Counted from the first letter of the whole stretch, positions 50,290-62,900 are shown. The stretch is 63,173 nucleotides of DNA, filler included, from Octopus bimaculoides (GCF_001194135.2; 8 parts of 8 records of this genome joined end to end with filler, not necessarily neighbours in it); one strand, 5' to 3'. A program made the numbers and translations. The notes: a model not told the origin generated them from the letters alone.

Positions 50290-50435
50290 TATTATATTTA
50301 ACACGTCATCGTGGTTTATTTATTTATTTTTTCTCCCTTTATGCACAGACACACTTATAGTCACGGCCATAGCTATATTCATAGCTATGTATCCTATCGT
50401 ATTTCGTCCTGGGAAGGTCTCCTTAAAAACGTAGA
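50290..50435. repeat. Dispersed ~145-bp repeat, second copy at 53030-53165
   Basis: Both copies share TATATTTAACACGTC...ATGCACAGACACACTTATAGTCA..GCCATA.CTATA..CATAGCTA...CGTATTTCGTCCTGGGAAGG...AAAAACGTAG. Confidence 0.8.
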
Positions 50436-52109
50436 ATTTGTTTGCTTGTAACTTAGATCTCGTCTTCTCATACACATTGTTCTGATAGATGTTAATATAT
50501 TTCTTCAGACGATGCAAAAAAAAAAAAAATGCATCTTTGATTAGCAATGACAAGAATTTGAATATAAAACGATTCGAGATGGAGTAAAGAAAAGCACGTT
50601 TTAAAGAAGATATATGAAAAGAACCACGTCAAAATGTTCAACATATGGGCATACGTGCTCGCTTATCAAATAAATGATAAGACTTGAATGACCACTGAAC
50701 TAGTTTGCACTAAATTTCCTCAAGTAATATATAAGGCCTCAATACAACTGCGTTTTTATATTTAGCTCTTTGCCTTCATCTGTCTTAGTAGTATATTTTA
50801 TATTTTGATTTTTATACTCTATTTTATACTTTTATTTATTTATTTATGTTTCTGAAATTCACTATTTATCGATTTTAAGCTCCTCCACATTAGTGAGTCT
50901 GTCTATCAGTGAATCATGCATTCTATCTTTCTTTTATTTTAAGTAGATTTAGTTTTTATAACTATCAATTCGTAGATATGAATCTAAATATAAATGGTTT
51001 TCTCGTTATAAATAATGAATACAAATGTAATGTAACAGAAAGAAATTTATAGCAATATGAGGGAGAAAAAAGAAAAATATAGAATTATTTGCAGAAGCAA
51101 CAAGCATTAACCAAAACAGAGCGTAACTCTCTGTGACAGCAAAAGAGCTTAAATTCCCAGACGTCATTCTAAAGTTGAACAATTTCTATGGTAAATGTAA
51201 AAAGATTGAATGAAAAACGCCCTCTAGTAGTTTTTAAAGTTGTCAGCTCCTGTACATTACACTCTGTTTAAATGTATGGTTTAACTTTCTTCTGCACCTT
51301 CTCTCACTCCAATTGTGTGCGTTTGTGTTTGCAGATGTGTAAAATGTGAAAACGCTTGCGCATATTGCCCTACACACGCACGTGCACGCACACACATGCA
51401 CACGCACACGCACACGTGCGTACAGACACACACGCACATATATACATTCATACATGCGTTCATAAATTTATATACATATATATATATNNNNNNNNNNNNN
51501 NNNNNNNNNNNNNNNNNNNNNNNNNNNNATGTGAGTTCGTGTGTTGAAGCATATTATGTTGTATCTGGGGAGAGTCATTCTCTTTTAGTGCCTTATAATT
51601 TAACACACACACCGGTAAAATTTCCACTCATTTACTTATTTATTTTTCTAAAATTTTCGTTGCGTCTTGTAAACTTTTCAATAGTTGTTGACTCTGTCCG
51701 TTATCCAAGCTGCGTACGTTTTGCTTGTTTGTGCGTTTGTGTGCATGTGTGTATTTTTACGTATGTGTGTGTGTGTGCTTGCATGTGTATCTCCATATGT
51801 GTGAATGTGTGTCTTTGTGTGAAGTGAAGAGTGTGTGTGTATGGTCATGTGTTTCAGTTTTCATTTGCGTATGTATGAATGTGTACTTCTGTGTTCACAT
51901 TACCTATGTACCTTTCTGTCTATCTGTTTACTTTCATGTCCATTTGCCTACATACATGTGCATATATACATATATATAAACTGTGTGAATGGGGGTAGGA
52001 TTACCTGCTACGCANNNNNNNNNNATATATATATATATATATATACACACATACATACATTTACATATATACATATATATAAACTGTGTGAATGGGGGTA
52101 GGATTACCT

Positions 52110-53020
52110 GCTACGCATCTTTCCTATTTAGTAGTGGAGATGTTTTATTTATGAGGGCGTAATCCTGTATTTGCCTGAGGGTTGGGTCTTTTGGATGCTT
52201 GGATAAAATGCCAATGTCAAGTTGACCCAGGTTGCCTCCATATGTTTCCTTGGTATGTTGGTAGAGTATGGAGGGCTATTTTTTGTCGTTATATCGTCTC
52301 AAATGTCTTTCGGCAATGCTCCTAGATGTTTCTCGTATGCATGTTATATCTTTACAAACACCTTCTATGCATCTTATGGTGTAGACTACATTTCTACTGC
52401 TACAGTTAACGCCAAGGTTGATCCTACATACCATGCAGTTATCATTGGTGCATATGGTACTCTCAAAGGGGTACGTCCTACATAGTTGTGATCTGGTGGA
52501 GTTCCCTGGCTTTTCAACAATCTTAATGTTGTGTCTGGTCTCCTTCAGAGGTTTCCTAAATCTACGGTTGAACACGTGACATAAAACCTACAAATATCGA
52601 GGAGTATTGGTGCAGACTAAGTCTCAAGCAACAGGGCAATTTTAAGGTTTAACCATCTCATATCTTTTCACATGTTCTTAGAATTAACCAGAGTGATATG
52701 ACTGTTAGGTACACGGGTGTTTCTGTCTCCATTCATACTTTCCATGTTTTCTCTTCTTTGAATTCGTTGATAAGAAGGTTGAATAGTCGAAACACAGAAG
52801 ACATTTCTTTTAGCGTAAACTTAATACATATTATGGAGATGCAATTGCATAGTAAGTTACCTGATCTGGGATGCAACACGGAATTTTGTCAGTGATCAGG
52901 TCGCGGTCTCAAAGCGACGAAAATATATTGGCAAATTAAATTTAAATGTTGAAGTGAATCTAACAGTTTTTGTTTGTTTTTAAATGGCTTATAAACAACT
53001 TCTACACTGCAATTGTTTAA
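52110..53020 (-). mobile_element. Internally deleted PLE: 5' UTR/ATG joined to a GIY-YIG endonuclease 3' part
   Basis: Minus frame CTNDNCMVCRINLGVNCSSRNVVYTIRC..CKDITCIRETSRSIAER (Cys-rich linker plus GIY-YIG). 52830-52870 matches 2836-2876 at 36/41 nt, including ATGCAA.T.CATCTCCATAAT. Confidence 0.8.
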
Positions 53021-53189
53021 TATATATTGCTTTATATTTAACACGTCTTTATATTTATTTTTCTACCTCTATGCACAGACACACTTATAGTCATAGCCAT
53101 ACCTATATACATAGCTAGTTATCCAGCCGTATTTCGTCCTGGGAAGGCTTCCATAAAAACGTAGTATTATAAAACTACACTTATTAATT

Positions 53190-53285
53190 CAATAGTAGAA
53201 GACACTTGCCCAAGGTGCCTCGCAGTGGGACTGAACCCGGAACCATGCGGTTTGTAAAGAAGCCACTTACCACACAGCCTCTTCT
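53190..53285 (-). mobile_element. SINE family B head
   Basis: GAAGACACTTGCCCAAGGTGCCTCGCAGTGGGACTGAACCCGGAACCATG. Confidence 0.85.
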
Positions 53286-54696
53286 GCATGTATGCAACTA
53301 TGTATATGTTCGCATAAGACTCCAAGCTCCATAAAAAAAAACACTGAAGTGAAGGAAAATACAGACATTGTTAATTCGAATGACCTGAAATATACACGGT
53401 ATTCTCAAACGGCATGAGATTTAACGGCTAATATGCAACAGTACGAGATATTTACATTGTTACCCCAAATTTTGTATTTGAGGCAATATTTCACATCGGT
53501 AAATAAAATTTGAGCTTCCCAAATATTCTTCAGGACAACCATTCGATGAATTGAAGTAACTAAGAAATTAAAAAAAAACACACTCATTCTCGTTTACCTA
53601 CGGAGTGATCCTTTTGAATGTGTTTTTTAACACTCTACGTCTATCATGAGACAATGCCTACGCAAAATTTCGCTGCGAAACGCTTTTAACAGCACATATA
53701 TGTAAAGTAAGTAATATCGATTATGTCTACTTCGTAGAGCTGCTTTTACTACGAACCTGAATTTTATTTTACATCAGCAGATAGATTTGACGGTATCTGT
53801 ATATACTTCAGTCTAGCGATTCGAATTCGTTTCGAAAGTGAATCAAGTATACAGCACCGTATCCATCAGCAGAAATAACCGCATAGTATGTATACCTGCC
53901 GTTTTCGTTCACTCCCGGAGCGATTCATCTCGCTTGGTTTTGTAATATAATGCGCTTCTTAAAATCTAAGTCTCTAAACGACCTCTCTGGACGAGATACC
54001 CGCAGCCTAAATGCGTTTAACAACATACGTATATAAAGCATGTGACAGTTGTAATGTATACATTATAGTACGGTTTCTAACCCGGAATATATATATATGT
54101 ATGTATATGTATATGCATACGCATACAGCACTTGCATGCAAATGTATGCATGTTTGAGTGTGGGTGTGTTTGTTTGTTTATGTGTCTGTAGCTACCAGCA
54201 TGAATAGACATTCTGGAACTTTCTAGCTATAGGAATATTAATATAGGAGAGACTCGCAAGTTCGATAAAGTTCTATTTTCCTAAGAAGTAAGATGTATCA
54301 GCATTTAACAGAAATGGCGTCAAGAGCAATCAGCCATCTTGAAAATACATTATCTTTTGTCTGTGGCCCAATTCTTAATGTAACTTTGAGACGTTGTCTG
54401 TTCGACTTTTCTCGTCCAAGGAGAGTGAAAGCTTGCAAATTTGTTAGTTTACCCAAAAGAAATAGAAACCTTTCAAGATATCATTTTCGAGGTCATAAAA
54501 AATGCTTTAAGAAAGAAAATAGACATTTTCACTACTTTTTCAAGTCATGCTTTTAGCAAATAACATTTACTACCCGTCAAACAACGTGTGTTACAGAGTT
54601 CAACAGTTCCATATTTTCATCAAACTTACAGCTACTAAAGTTATTCGTTTTAGAAATAAATATTTGTGAATTTTATAAATACACACACACACACAC

Positions 54697-54781
<85 letters not shown>

Positions 54782-55670
54782 ACTATATATACATATAAAA
54801 ATAATTGCTTGTATATATGATTTCAGACTCTCTAGTACGTTGTTTTGAAGTGTTACATATAACATTGTAACGCTTGTGTAAAATACATCTATAGAGGAAG
54901 TAAGAGCGAGGGACGGAGAGAATAGATAGAAAGGGACACAAAGAGAAGAATCATACAAACCTGCATGGTCAGCCTCATTTTGGAACATATGTGCTTTCTT
55001 ATTTACTGCTACATACGTACATACATACATACATACATACATACATACATACATACACACATACATACATGTAGCATGTATATGTGTCAGGTCGGAATCG
55101 AGTGCCACAGGTAAAGCGTAACCAAATACATTACCCATGAATTTATTTAGAACAATTCCAATCACTTCTGCTACAACTACAACAGGTTACATTTAGGTCA
55201 CTTGACCATTGAAGAAGATTCCACGAACAGTCTACTACTGTCATACCACTCCCAACTTTTTCTTTTCTTTTTTCTTCTTCCTGCTCTTTTTCTACTCCCT
55301 ATCCTTTTTCTTCCTCTTCTTTTTCTTCGGCGTCTCCTTCCTCGGCTGCTGCTTCTTAAACAATCGAAATCCAGAACCAATATTTCTCTGCACTCTTATT
55401 AACTATTTCTTAAGTATTCCCAAAAGTAAAAGTGTGAGGGACAGAAAAAAGAAAGATGTCTTACCTATTTGAAGACGACGGAAATATTTTTTTTAAATAT
55501 TTCATTTAATTTTTCCACAATTTGTTTTTCATATTTTACTCTACGTTGAAAAGGTCGAAGGGACTGAAACCGGTACTAAAATGTTCTCCTCGATAAAATT
55601 ATTTTAGCATTTTCTAACTTGTGTCATTTTCCTTATACATGTCAACCCGTGTGTTACTTTTCAACCTTCT

Positions 55671-55727
<57 letters not shown>

Positions 55728-55729
<2 letters not shown>

Positions 55730-56090
55730 AATCGACCCCATTACTTATGTTTTTTACCCTAGTACCTATTCTATACGTCTCTTTTGAAAAAAAAAACACT
55801 AATTTACTGGGACGTAAGCACGCCAACACCCGTCGTCAATTGGTGGTGATGGGGACAAACACAGACGCAAAGACACACACAAATAGATATATATATATAC
55901 ACTCACACACACATATACACACACACACACGTATGCGACGGCCGTCTTTGAGTTTCCGTCAGCCAAATCCACTAACAAGGCTTTAATTGGATCCAGGCTA
56001 TGGTAGATGACACTTGTCTAAGGCATCACGTAGAAGGACTGAATTCGGAGCCATGTGATTGTAAAATTAAATTTCTTACCACATTGCCTC
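55728..56090 (-). mobile_element. SINE family B, decayed near-full copy
   Basis: ATCGACCCCA...TAGTACCTATTCTAT...GGGGACAAACACAG...AGTTTCCGTCAGCCAAATCCACTAACAAGGCTTT...ACACTTGTCTAAGGC. Confidence 0.75.
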
Positions 56091-56368
56091 ATATATACAT
56101 ATGCATATATATATATATATATATATATATANNNNNNNNNNNNNNNNNNNNNNNNNNNNNNNNNNNNNNNNNNNNTTAATTAATTAANNNNNNNNNNNNN
56201 NNNNNNNNNNNNNNNNNNNNNNNNNNNNNNNATATATATATGTATATAAATAATTTTGAATGCTTTAATTACTATTTTACTTCATACTTAAAGAAACCAT
56301 ATACAATAATGTAAATAAAAACAATACAATATATATATTTCAAAATAATAAACATAAGGATACCCCCA

Positions 56369-56402
<34 letters not shown>

Positions 56403-56724
56403 ATGTGTATATTTATATATATATACACATGTGAAGATAGTCCAGAATTCAATCAGATATATTAAGTAATGGTATCGCATTAATGCTAGCTAATTTGTTA
56501 AGCTAATTTTTGGAAATAAGTAAAGCAAAGCAATGAGATAACTAAATTATTCCAATATCTTGATTAGATTATTTTGCTATAAAAAGATGATGAATTGATA
56601 TATATTCTATCCCTGTTCTTCATTTACAATGTCTAATTTTGCTGTTGTTGTTTTTGGTGTCTCATCACCATCCCTCACTGACCATCACCATCATCATTGT
56701 CATCATTATCATCACCATCACCGT

Positions 56725-57140
56725 CGTCATTATCATCATCATCATCATCCTTTTAATGACCACTTTTCCATGCTTTCGTGGGCCAGATGGAATTTGTTGA
56801 TGCAGATTTACTCCTGCCACCTGTCCCTCCCCTCAACAACCTGTGCCTATTTCCATGCAAAGTAAATTTTCCCTGTGTCAGAAAAGTTTACATGACACAT
56901 TAGAACTGAAAAACACTGCTTGTATGATGGTGATGTTCGTTTACAACTCTGAAGCAGCATAAGTTCAAGGAGACATTCACAGAATGGTTGGCATTAGGAA
57001 GGGCTTCCAGCTGTAGAAACTCTGCCAGATCAGACTAGAGCCTGGTGCAGCCTCCTGGCTTCCCTGACCCCGGTCAAACCGTCTAACCCATGCTAGCATG
57101 GAAAACGAACGTTAAATGATGATGATGATTATGATGATGA
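56725..57140. mobile_element. Two RTE-type 3' tails head-to-head, with outward (CAT)n and (GAT)n ends
   Basis: Left, minus strand: CATCATCCTTTTAATGACCACTTTTCCATGC. Right, plus strand: GGAAGGGCTTCCAGCTGTAGAAAC...CCATGCTAGCATGGAAAACGAACGTTAAATGATGATG. Confidence 0.65.
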
Positions 57141-57361
57141 TGGTGTATTGAGAAATTCATTGAAACAGAAGACTGGGTGGTCATTTCTGGAATGTAGTTG
57201 ATCATCAGTCTACTCATTTCAGGGACAGTATGGGGATAAACACAAACACAAATGACATCAAAAAAGCTGACAAAGTGAGACTAGTGGTGCTTAATTGACC
57301 TGTTAGAAATAGTTGCCAAAGGTGTAGGTGGCTCATGAGAACATTGCTTCCTAACCACAGT

Positions 57362-58052
57362 CACCAGATAACTTCGGAATCTCCTGCAACCATTCTGAAT
57401 GGTCTTCTTAGTTGAGTTGGTCAATGCTGCCATTATCCTTCCCTTCAGTTCATCTTTGGTGTTAGAAGGAGTTTTTCTGGCCTCTTGCTAAATTGTGCCC
57501 CTGACAATAACCAGAGGAGGTTGCAGTGTTGGGAGTTAGATGGCCAGACGTTGGAGGTGATGTAGGCACAGAAATTGTCTGACAGCCATGACTGGGTTCT
57601 CCTGCTTGTGTGGCATGGGGCAGGGTCCTGCTGCCAATCATAGGGTCTTCCAGCAGCCACTTTCTTGACCCAGGGTAGTACTATCTCCTCCAGGCACTTG
57701 ATATAGGACTCTGTGTTGAGTGTGAGGCCGTGTGGGAAGATGAATGGAGGCATAACACCACCATCACTTGTGATGATGTTCACTGGATGTTTGCTTTTTA
57801 TCACATGGACTGTTATCAGATTGATACCCAAACACTCTGAAATGTTCACATTGGAGCTTCTGGTACAAATGCCAAACAGTAGAGCTGTCATTTCCAAATT
57901 TCTAGCAGAGTGAATTGCGTCATGGTGCTGTTTTTCTCACAGATGGTGCCAAGTGACCCTACTATACTGTGTAGTCAACAAATTCAAAGCAAACAATGCA
58001 TGTATGCAAAAGTAAAAGTAAAAAACCGCAACAATTTACCCATCATGCCCTG
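57362..58052 (-). mobile_element. Internally deleted maT-type (DD37D-like) Tc1/mariner transposon
   Basis: Minus frame ITSDGGVMPPFIFPHG...WQQDPAPCHTSRRTQSWL...VWPSNS..CN.L. 5' TIR CAGGGCATGATGGGTAAATTG. Confidence 0.8.
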
Positions 58053-58220
58053 TGTCTATATATATATAGATATATATTAGTGTATGTGTGTGTGTATTTG
58101 TATGTGCATGCACACACTTGTGTGTGGGTCTTCTAAGGAAGACGGTATATTACACTTACTAAAATGTATTTTAACAGAAATAAGTGAAACAGCAAGTAAA
58201 AAGGAAGGTACTTTTCCAAA

Positions 58221-58327
58221 AGTCACCTGAGGAGATGCATCTGTACCTATGATGCATGCGAATTGTTTGTACAGCATCTCACCTGAAAGCTACAGGTGTA
58301 CGATGAGTTGAAATGATCATAGTAGTT
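58221..58327 (+). ncRNA. Type I hammerhead-like motif with long helix II
   Basis: AGTCAC, core CTGAGGA at 58227-58233, G...T closing pair, GAAA at 58310-58313, T-GATC-A helix III, TA triplet end, GTAGTT helix I partner (one mismatch), AATAAA at 58331. Confidence 0.6.
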
Positions 58328-58365
58328 GTGAATAAAGAGTCTTGTGAATTCCATTTTCTATTTCT

Positions 58366-58401
<36 letters not shown>

Positions 58402-58501
58402 NNNNNNNNNNNNNNNNNNNNNNNNNNNNNNNNNNNNNNNNNNNNTTAATTAATTAANNNNNNNNNNNNNNNNNNNNNNNNNNNNNNNNNNNNNNNNNNN
58501 N

Positions 58502-58864
58502 TAGTCGATTTGGCTAGAGTGTCTGCCGGATTGGTAGGTGACTAGGTGACTGGCATGTTTCCTGAAGTTGGTATTGCAAACCATAAGATCGGTTGCATCA
58601 CAGAACTCCAGCAGTCTGGTTCCCTCCTCGTTGCGGGAACCGAAGCCATAGCCTCCATGTATGCCATGGAAGCCTCCAGCACGACGTCCGACATGACCAT
58701 TGAAGTCACCAGCCACAAAGAGAAGGTCTCTGTCTCTTGTCGACGAGGTAGTTTGCAAGAGGGTGTCATAGAATTGGTCTTTCAGCCCATCCGGGAGCCC
58801 CGGTTGAGGGGCATAGGCTGAGATGACAGTAGCTAGCCTATGATGAAGCACTAGTCTAATCTTA
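58502..58864 (-). mobile_element. RTE-clade LINE AP-endonuclease fragment
   Basis: VISAYAPQPG, VAGDFNGHVG, GGYGFGSRNEEGTRLLEFC, NTNFRK..SHLVTYQSG..SSQID. Confidence 0.9.
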
Positions 58865-59089
58865 AATATATATATGTATACATACAAATTGTAAACTCCT
58901 GCTGATCTCTCAACTTTTCTCCCATTATCCGCATGAGCATTAAACTGGTAGATCCCATTTTTCAACTAGATGCATTACTCAACCCACTCTCTAAACTATG
59001 GACTTACCTGCCTCATGAAGGTCACTGCTAGCTCTCATTGTGCATGCAACTGTATGTTGCCTTCTGTTGGCATACTACAGAACTAGTCC

Positions 59090-61015
59090 GGGAACTTTTT
59101 GATACCACCTCAAGAAAAGAATAGGAAGGTGCAGATGTGACAAAGATTAGAAAATAAGACTTTAAGACAAGATCTGAAAAGAATAGAAGCCTGGAAATAG
59201 GACAAGTCAGGAAACAAGATTTAAATCTTCTCTTGAGAAAAAAAGTACTTGTTAAAGAGAAAGGATTTAGGATAGTCATGGAAGAGCTGAAACAGCATAT
59301 AATAGCAATAGCAGGTAAGCTTTTCAGATATCAGAAAAGATTAAATCAGTATTAACAGAACAGATTGAGACAGACCAGAGGAGATTTTATCACCAAATAA
59401 ATAGTGTAGAAGAAACTACTGGAGATGAGAAGCCTAATGCAGTAGAACCTAAAAAGATGTGGAGTGACATTTGGAATAAGCCAGTCTGGAGATGCAGCAT
59501 GGTTAAAGAAAGTGAGGGAAGAAGTAGCTAGCAAGAAGCAGCCATATCTAAAACTAACTAGTGCATTAATGAGTAAAGTGTTAGGAAGAATGCTGAATTG
59601 GAAGAGCCCAGGACCAGATTTAGTTCAAGGGTACTGGTTAAAGGAATTTAGTAGCTTACAGGAAGACTAAGGGAACAATTTCAGGATTGCCTGAATGGAG
59701 GAGTAATACCAGATTGAATGACAAAAGGGAAAACAGTACTCTTTATGAAAGACAAAAACAAAGGCAATATAGCTAGTAATTTAGATCAATCACTTGCTTA
59801 TCATTGATGTAAAAACTGTTAAGAGAATTTTCCAGGGAGACTTGTTATCCCTTTTAATATTTGTGTTGTTTAATCCCCTTCAGTTTAGAGATGTTAAAGG
59901 AAAAAGTTAACCATTTGCTCAAAAATGGATGATCTGAAGCTTTTCAGTGAGAATCAAAAAAGAGATAAATTCCTTTATACAAACTGTAATACTCTTCAGC
60001 AAAGATGGAATTTAGCATAGATAAGTGCACAATATTAGTCATATAAAAAGGACAGGTAGTTAGCAATGAAAGTATTCCATATGGCCAGACATTAAAATCA
60101 CTAAAAGAAGGAGAAAGTTATAAGTATCTAGGAGTATTAGAAATGAAGGCAAGGATTTAGGAGGAGTACATCAGAAGGGTGAGGAAGTTAATGAAGGCAA
60201 AGATAAATAGCCTGAATCTAGTGAAAGCTGTAAATATTTGGGCAGTCTCGCCACTTAAATATTTAGCAGCTTTTGTAGATTGGACAAAATTTGAATAAGC
60301 AAATCTAGGCAGAACTAGGTAGGAATTCAATATGAATGGAGGACTTCATCCAAGAGCAGTAGTCGCAAGACTATATTTACCTAGGAAAGGAAGGCAGTAG
60401 AGTTAGTTAGAGTAGATATATTCTTTTCTGTAGGTATTATGGGCGAATCCTGAACACCCCCATGTGACTGAAGGTGGGTTAACTGATTACAGTAAATAAG
60501 AACTGAGTGTAACTGTCAAGGGAGTAGTTGACGGACATTAGTTCAATGTATGTTAGTTTGATGGTCAGTAGCTGAACTGTGAATACTGAGTATTGTACCT
60601 ACATTTGAGTAGTACAGAGTATGTTCTGTGTTAACCTATATTTCTGCAATTGGTTGTTCTTAGATAACCACAACCAACTATTTATTTGTGTAATACCATT
60701 TTACACCAGACATGTTTACCCTCGTCATAAGAGTAGGTAATAGTGAGGAAATTTTATTAAGAGCTAACAGTTGGAGATAGGGAAACCAAAAAGCTAAATG
60801 AAGTTAAAAATCAGAAAAAGAAGTAAGAGAAGGCATTGCATGGTAGACTTCCAAAGATAGGGACAGAAAATAGTAATAGAGAGACATGGTTGTGGTTGCA
60901 GAAAGGAAGGCTGAAAAGAGAGACAGAAAGTTTGTTAGTAGCAGCACAAGATCAAGCATTGAGGACTAATTGGCTATAAACCAAGATAGACAAACAAAGT
61001 CAATATGAGAAGTAT
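59090..61015 (+). mobile_element. Decayed R4/Dong-type LINE reverse transcriptase, with an unrelated insert at about 60410-60750
   Basis: Broken frames: RYQKRLNQY.QNRL, NWKSPGPDLVQGYWLK, MTKGKTVL, FQGDLLSPLIF, NHLLKMDDLKLF, ESYKYLGVLE, LVKAVNIWAV, LHPRAVVARLYLPRK, LKRETESLLVAAQDQALRTN. Confidence 0.85.
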
Positions 61016-61722
61016 AGAGAAAATAGCAAAGTACCAAGACCTAGCCATTGAGCTACAGAGGCTATGGAAAGTGTGGGTAAAATGTATCTCTGTAAGCGTT
61101 GATGTCTCTGCAATATATGTTTAAACAGCCTTCTTCAATTCTGTTTCAAAGCCCAAGAATCCAGCATGTTGTGCTGCTTGACTGGTCCCCCCTCTCTCTC
61201 TCTCTATATATATATATATGCCTTTCTCTCGCCATGCCTTCGTCTATTCCACTCTCTCTAAATCAGTCTCTCTCTCTACTCCCCTCTATCGTAGTTTCCT
61301 TAAGGATTCAGGTTCCGGGTATATAAATAAGAAATCCCTTCTAAATTGTCTCAATCTATTCTCCGCTGCCATAACTACGACGAAGTCTCCAAGATTATGC
61401 TGCAGATAAGATAGAGATTTTTATTTATTTACGGCCTCAACATTTTTCTCAAACTTTTTGCGCTTTAGTCTGTTCTCCAGTATCTATCTGTTTCTCTCCA
61501 TGAAATTCAATTGAACTCAGTTTTTGTCTTGAATTCATACTTATTCATTTTCCTTACTTTATTCAAAATCTTATCGCTCCTTCCTTTAAAATTACGATCT
61601 AAGCTTAGCCATCTTTCCTTGTNNNNNNNNNNNNNNNNNNNNNNNNNNNNNNNNNNNNNNNNNNNNTTAATTAATTAANNNNNNNNNNNNNNNNNNNNNN
61701 NNNNNNNNNNNNNNNNNNNNNN

Positions 61723-61764
61723 AAACATTAATGAAAAATGTGGCCCCCGTTTTAAAAAAGATCC
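61723..61764. mobile_element. Right terminus of a second copy of the Merlin-type element
   Basis: AAACATTAATGAAAAATGTGGCCCCCGTTTTAAAAAAGATCC is nearly identical to 5575-5617. The rest is hidden in the gap. Confidence 0.75.
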
Positions 61765-61864
61765 GAAATTCCATTATGCAGCAGCACTCCATGCTACTCC
61801 ACTGTAATTGTAATCAGTAACATCCTCGTCATGTATGCTATCAACCATAATCATCATCAATGAC

Positions 61865-62410
61865 ATGCTTCACATGGTTCTGGGTTCAGTCCCACTGTGC
61901 GGAACCTTGGGCAAGTGTCTTCTGTTGTAACTCTGGGCCGACAAAAGCCCTGAGAGTGGATTTGGTAGATGCATTTTCTAAATGTGCAAGCTCATTCAAA
62001 TTGCAATTGCATCAAACACAATTATTAAACTATCTTCTTGTTTCTACCAGGTTGACAAATGATGAAATAAATTAATATTTTTGTCATGAAACACTGGGTA
62101 GTTTTCAAGGATTTTTGTGGTTTTTATTATAATATTTTTACTCCCTTAACTGACTGAGTGCTATACCATACAGCGTGTGTATGTTGAAAATCATCCCATG
62201 CAGTATGTGCGTGCATCTTTGTTTGTCTCCCATCACTGCTTGATGACAGGTGTTGGTGTGTTTACGTCCCTGTAACTTGGTGGTTTGATAAAAGAGACCA
62301 AAGGAAAAGTATCTGACAAAAAAAAAGTACTGGAGTTGATTCATATGACTAAAAATTCTTCAAGATAATATCCTAGTTTGGCTGCAGTCTAATGACTGAA
62401 ACAAGTAAAG
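61865..62410 (+). mobile_element. SINE family B head (61865-61975) and tail (62220-62410), separated by other sequence
   Basis: GGTTCAGTCCCACTGTGCGGAACCTTGGGCAAGTGTCTTCTG; GGTGTGTTTACGTCCCTGTAACTT...AATGACTGAAACAAGTAAAG. Confidence 0.75.
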
Positions 62411-62454
62411 GATAATGTGAAAAGCAGTTCTCAAATAAATGAGTACCAGTAAGT

Positions 62455-62900
62455 ATTTGAAAGTAGTAGTGGTGGTAATAGTAGTAGTAGTAGTAGTAAA
62501 GGAGGTGGTGGTGTATATCATGATGTTGGTTGTAGTACTGTTATTGATATTGGTGGTGGTGGTGGTGTTGGTGGAGATGTTTATTAGTGATAGTGCCTCA
62601 TATATACCAGTAATGTTCATGGTCATGATATTAGTGCTTACAGTGATGTTAGTAATGGTGGTTATTATAGTATGATGTCATTGGTGTTGATGATAGTAGT
62701 TTTAGAGTTGTTGGTGGTCGTAAGTGTCAGAGGTAGTAGTGGTTATCATCATAATCGAAGTTATAATTGTAGTGTAGGTGGTAGTAGTAGTAGTAACAAT
62801 GACAGATACAGCAGAGCAAGTAGCAATAATAGAAGCAGTGGTCATACAAGTAATAGTTGAAGTAGCAGTAGTACTAGTAGTAGTAGTAAAAAGAGAAAAA
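62455..62900. repeat. Degenerate (TAG/TGG/TGA)n trinucleotide tract
   Basis: Low-complexity triplet mosaic. Source of the poly-V/T ORFs. Confidence 0.85.

Noticed and set aside
51530-51720. Possible further PLE pLTR/hammerhead on the minus strand
   Set aside because: It sits between microsatellites like the other PLE ends, but the CUGANGA core is not recoverable.
51975-52118. Duplicated AAACTGTGTGAATGGGGGTAGGATTACCTGCTACGCA
   Set aside because: Flanks a 10-N gap; probable assembly overlap.
55090-55110. 20-nt microexon candidate (CAG|GTCGGAATCGAGTGCCACAG|GTAAAG, plus strand)
   Set aside because: No polypyrimidine tract and no partner exons.
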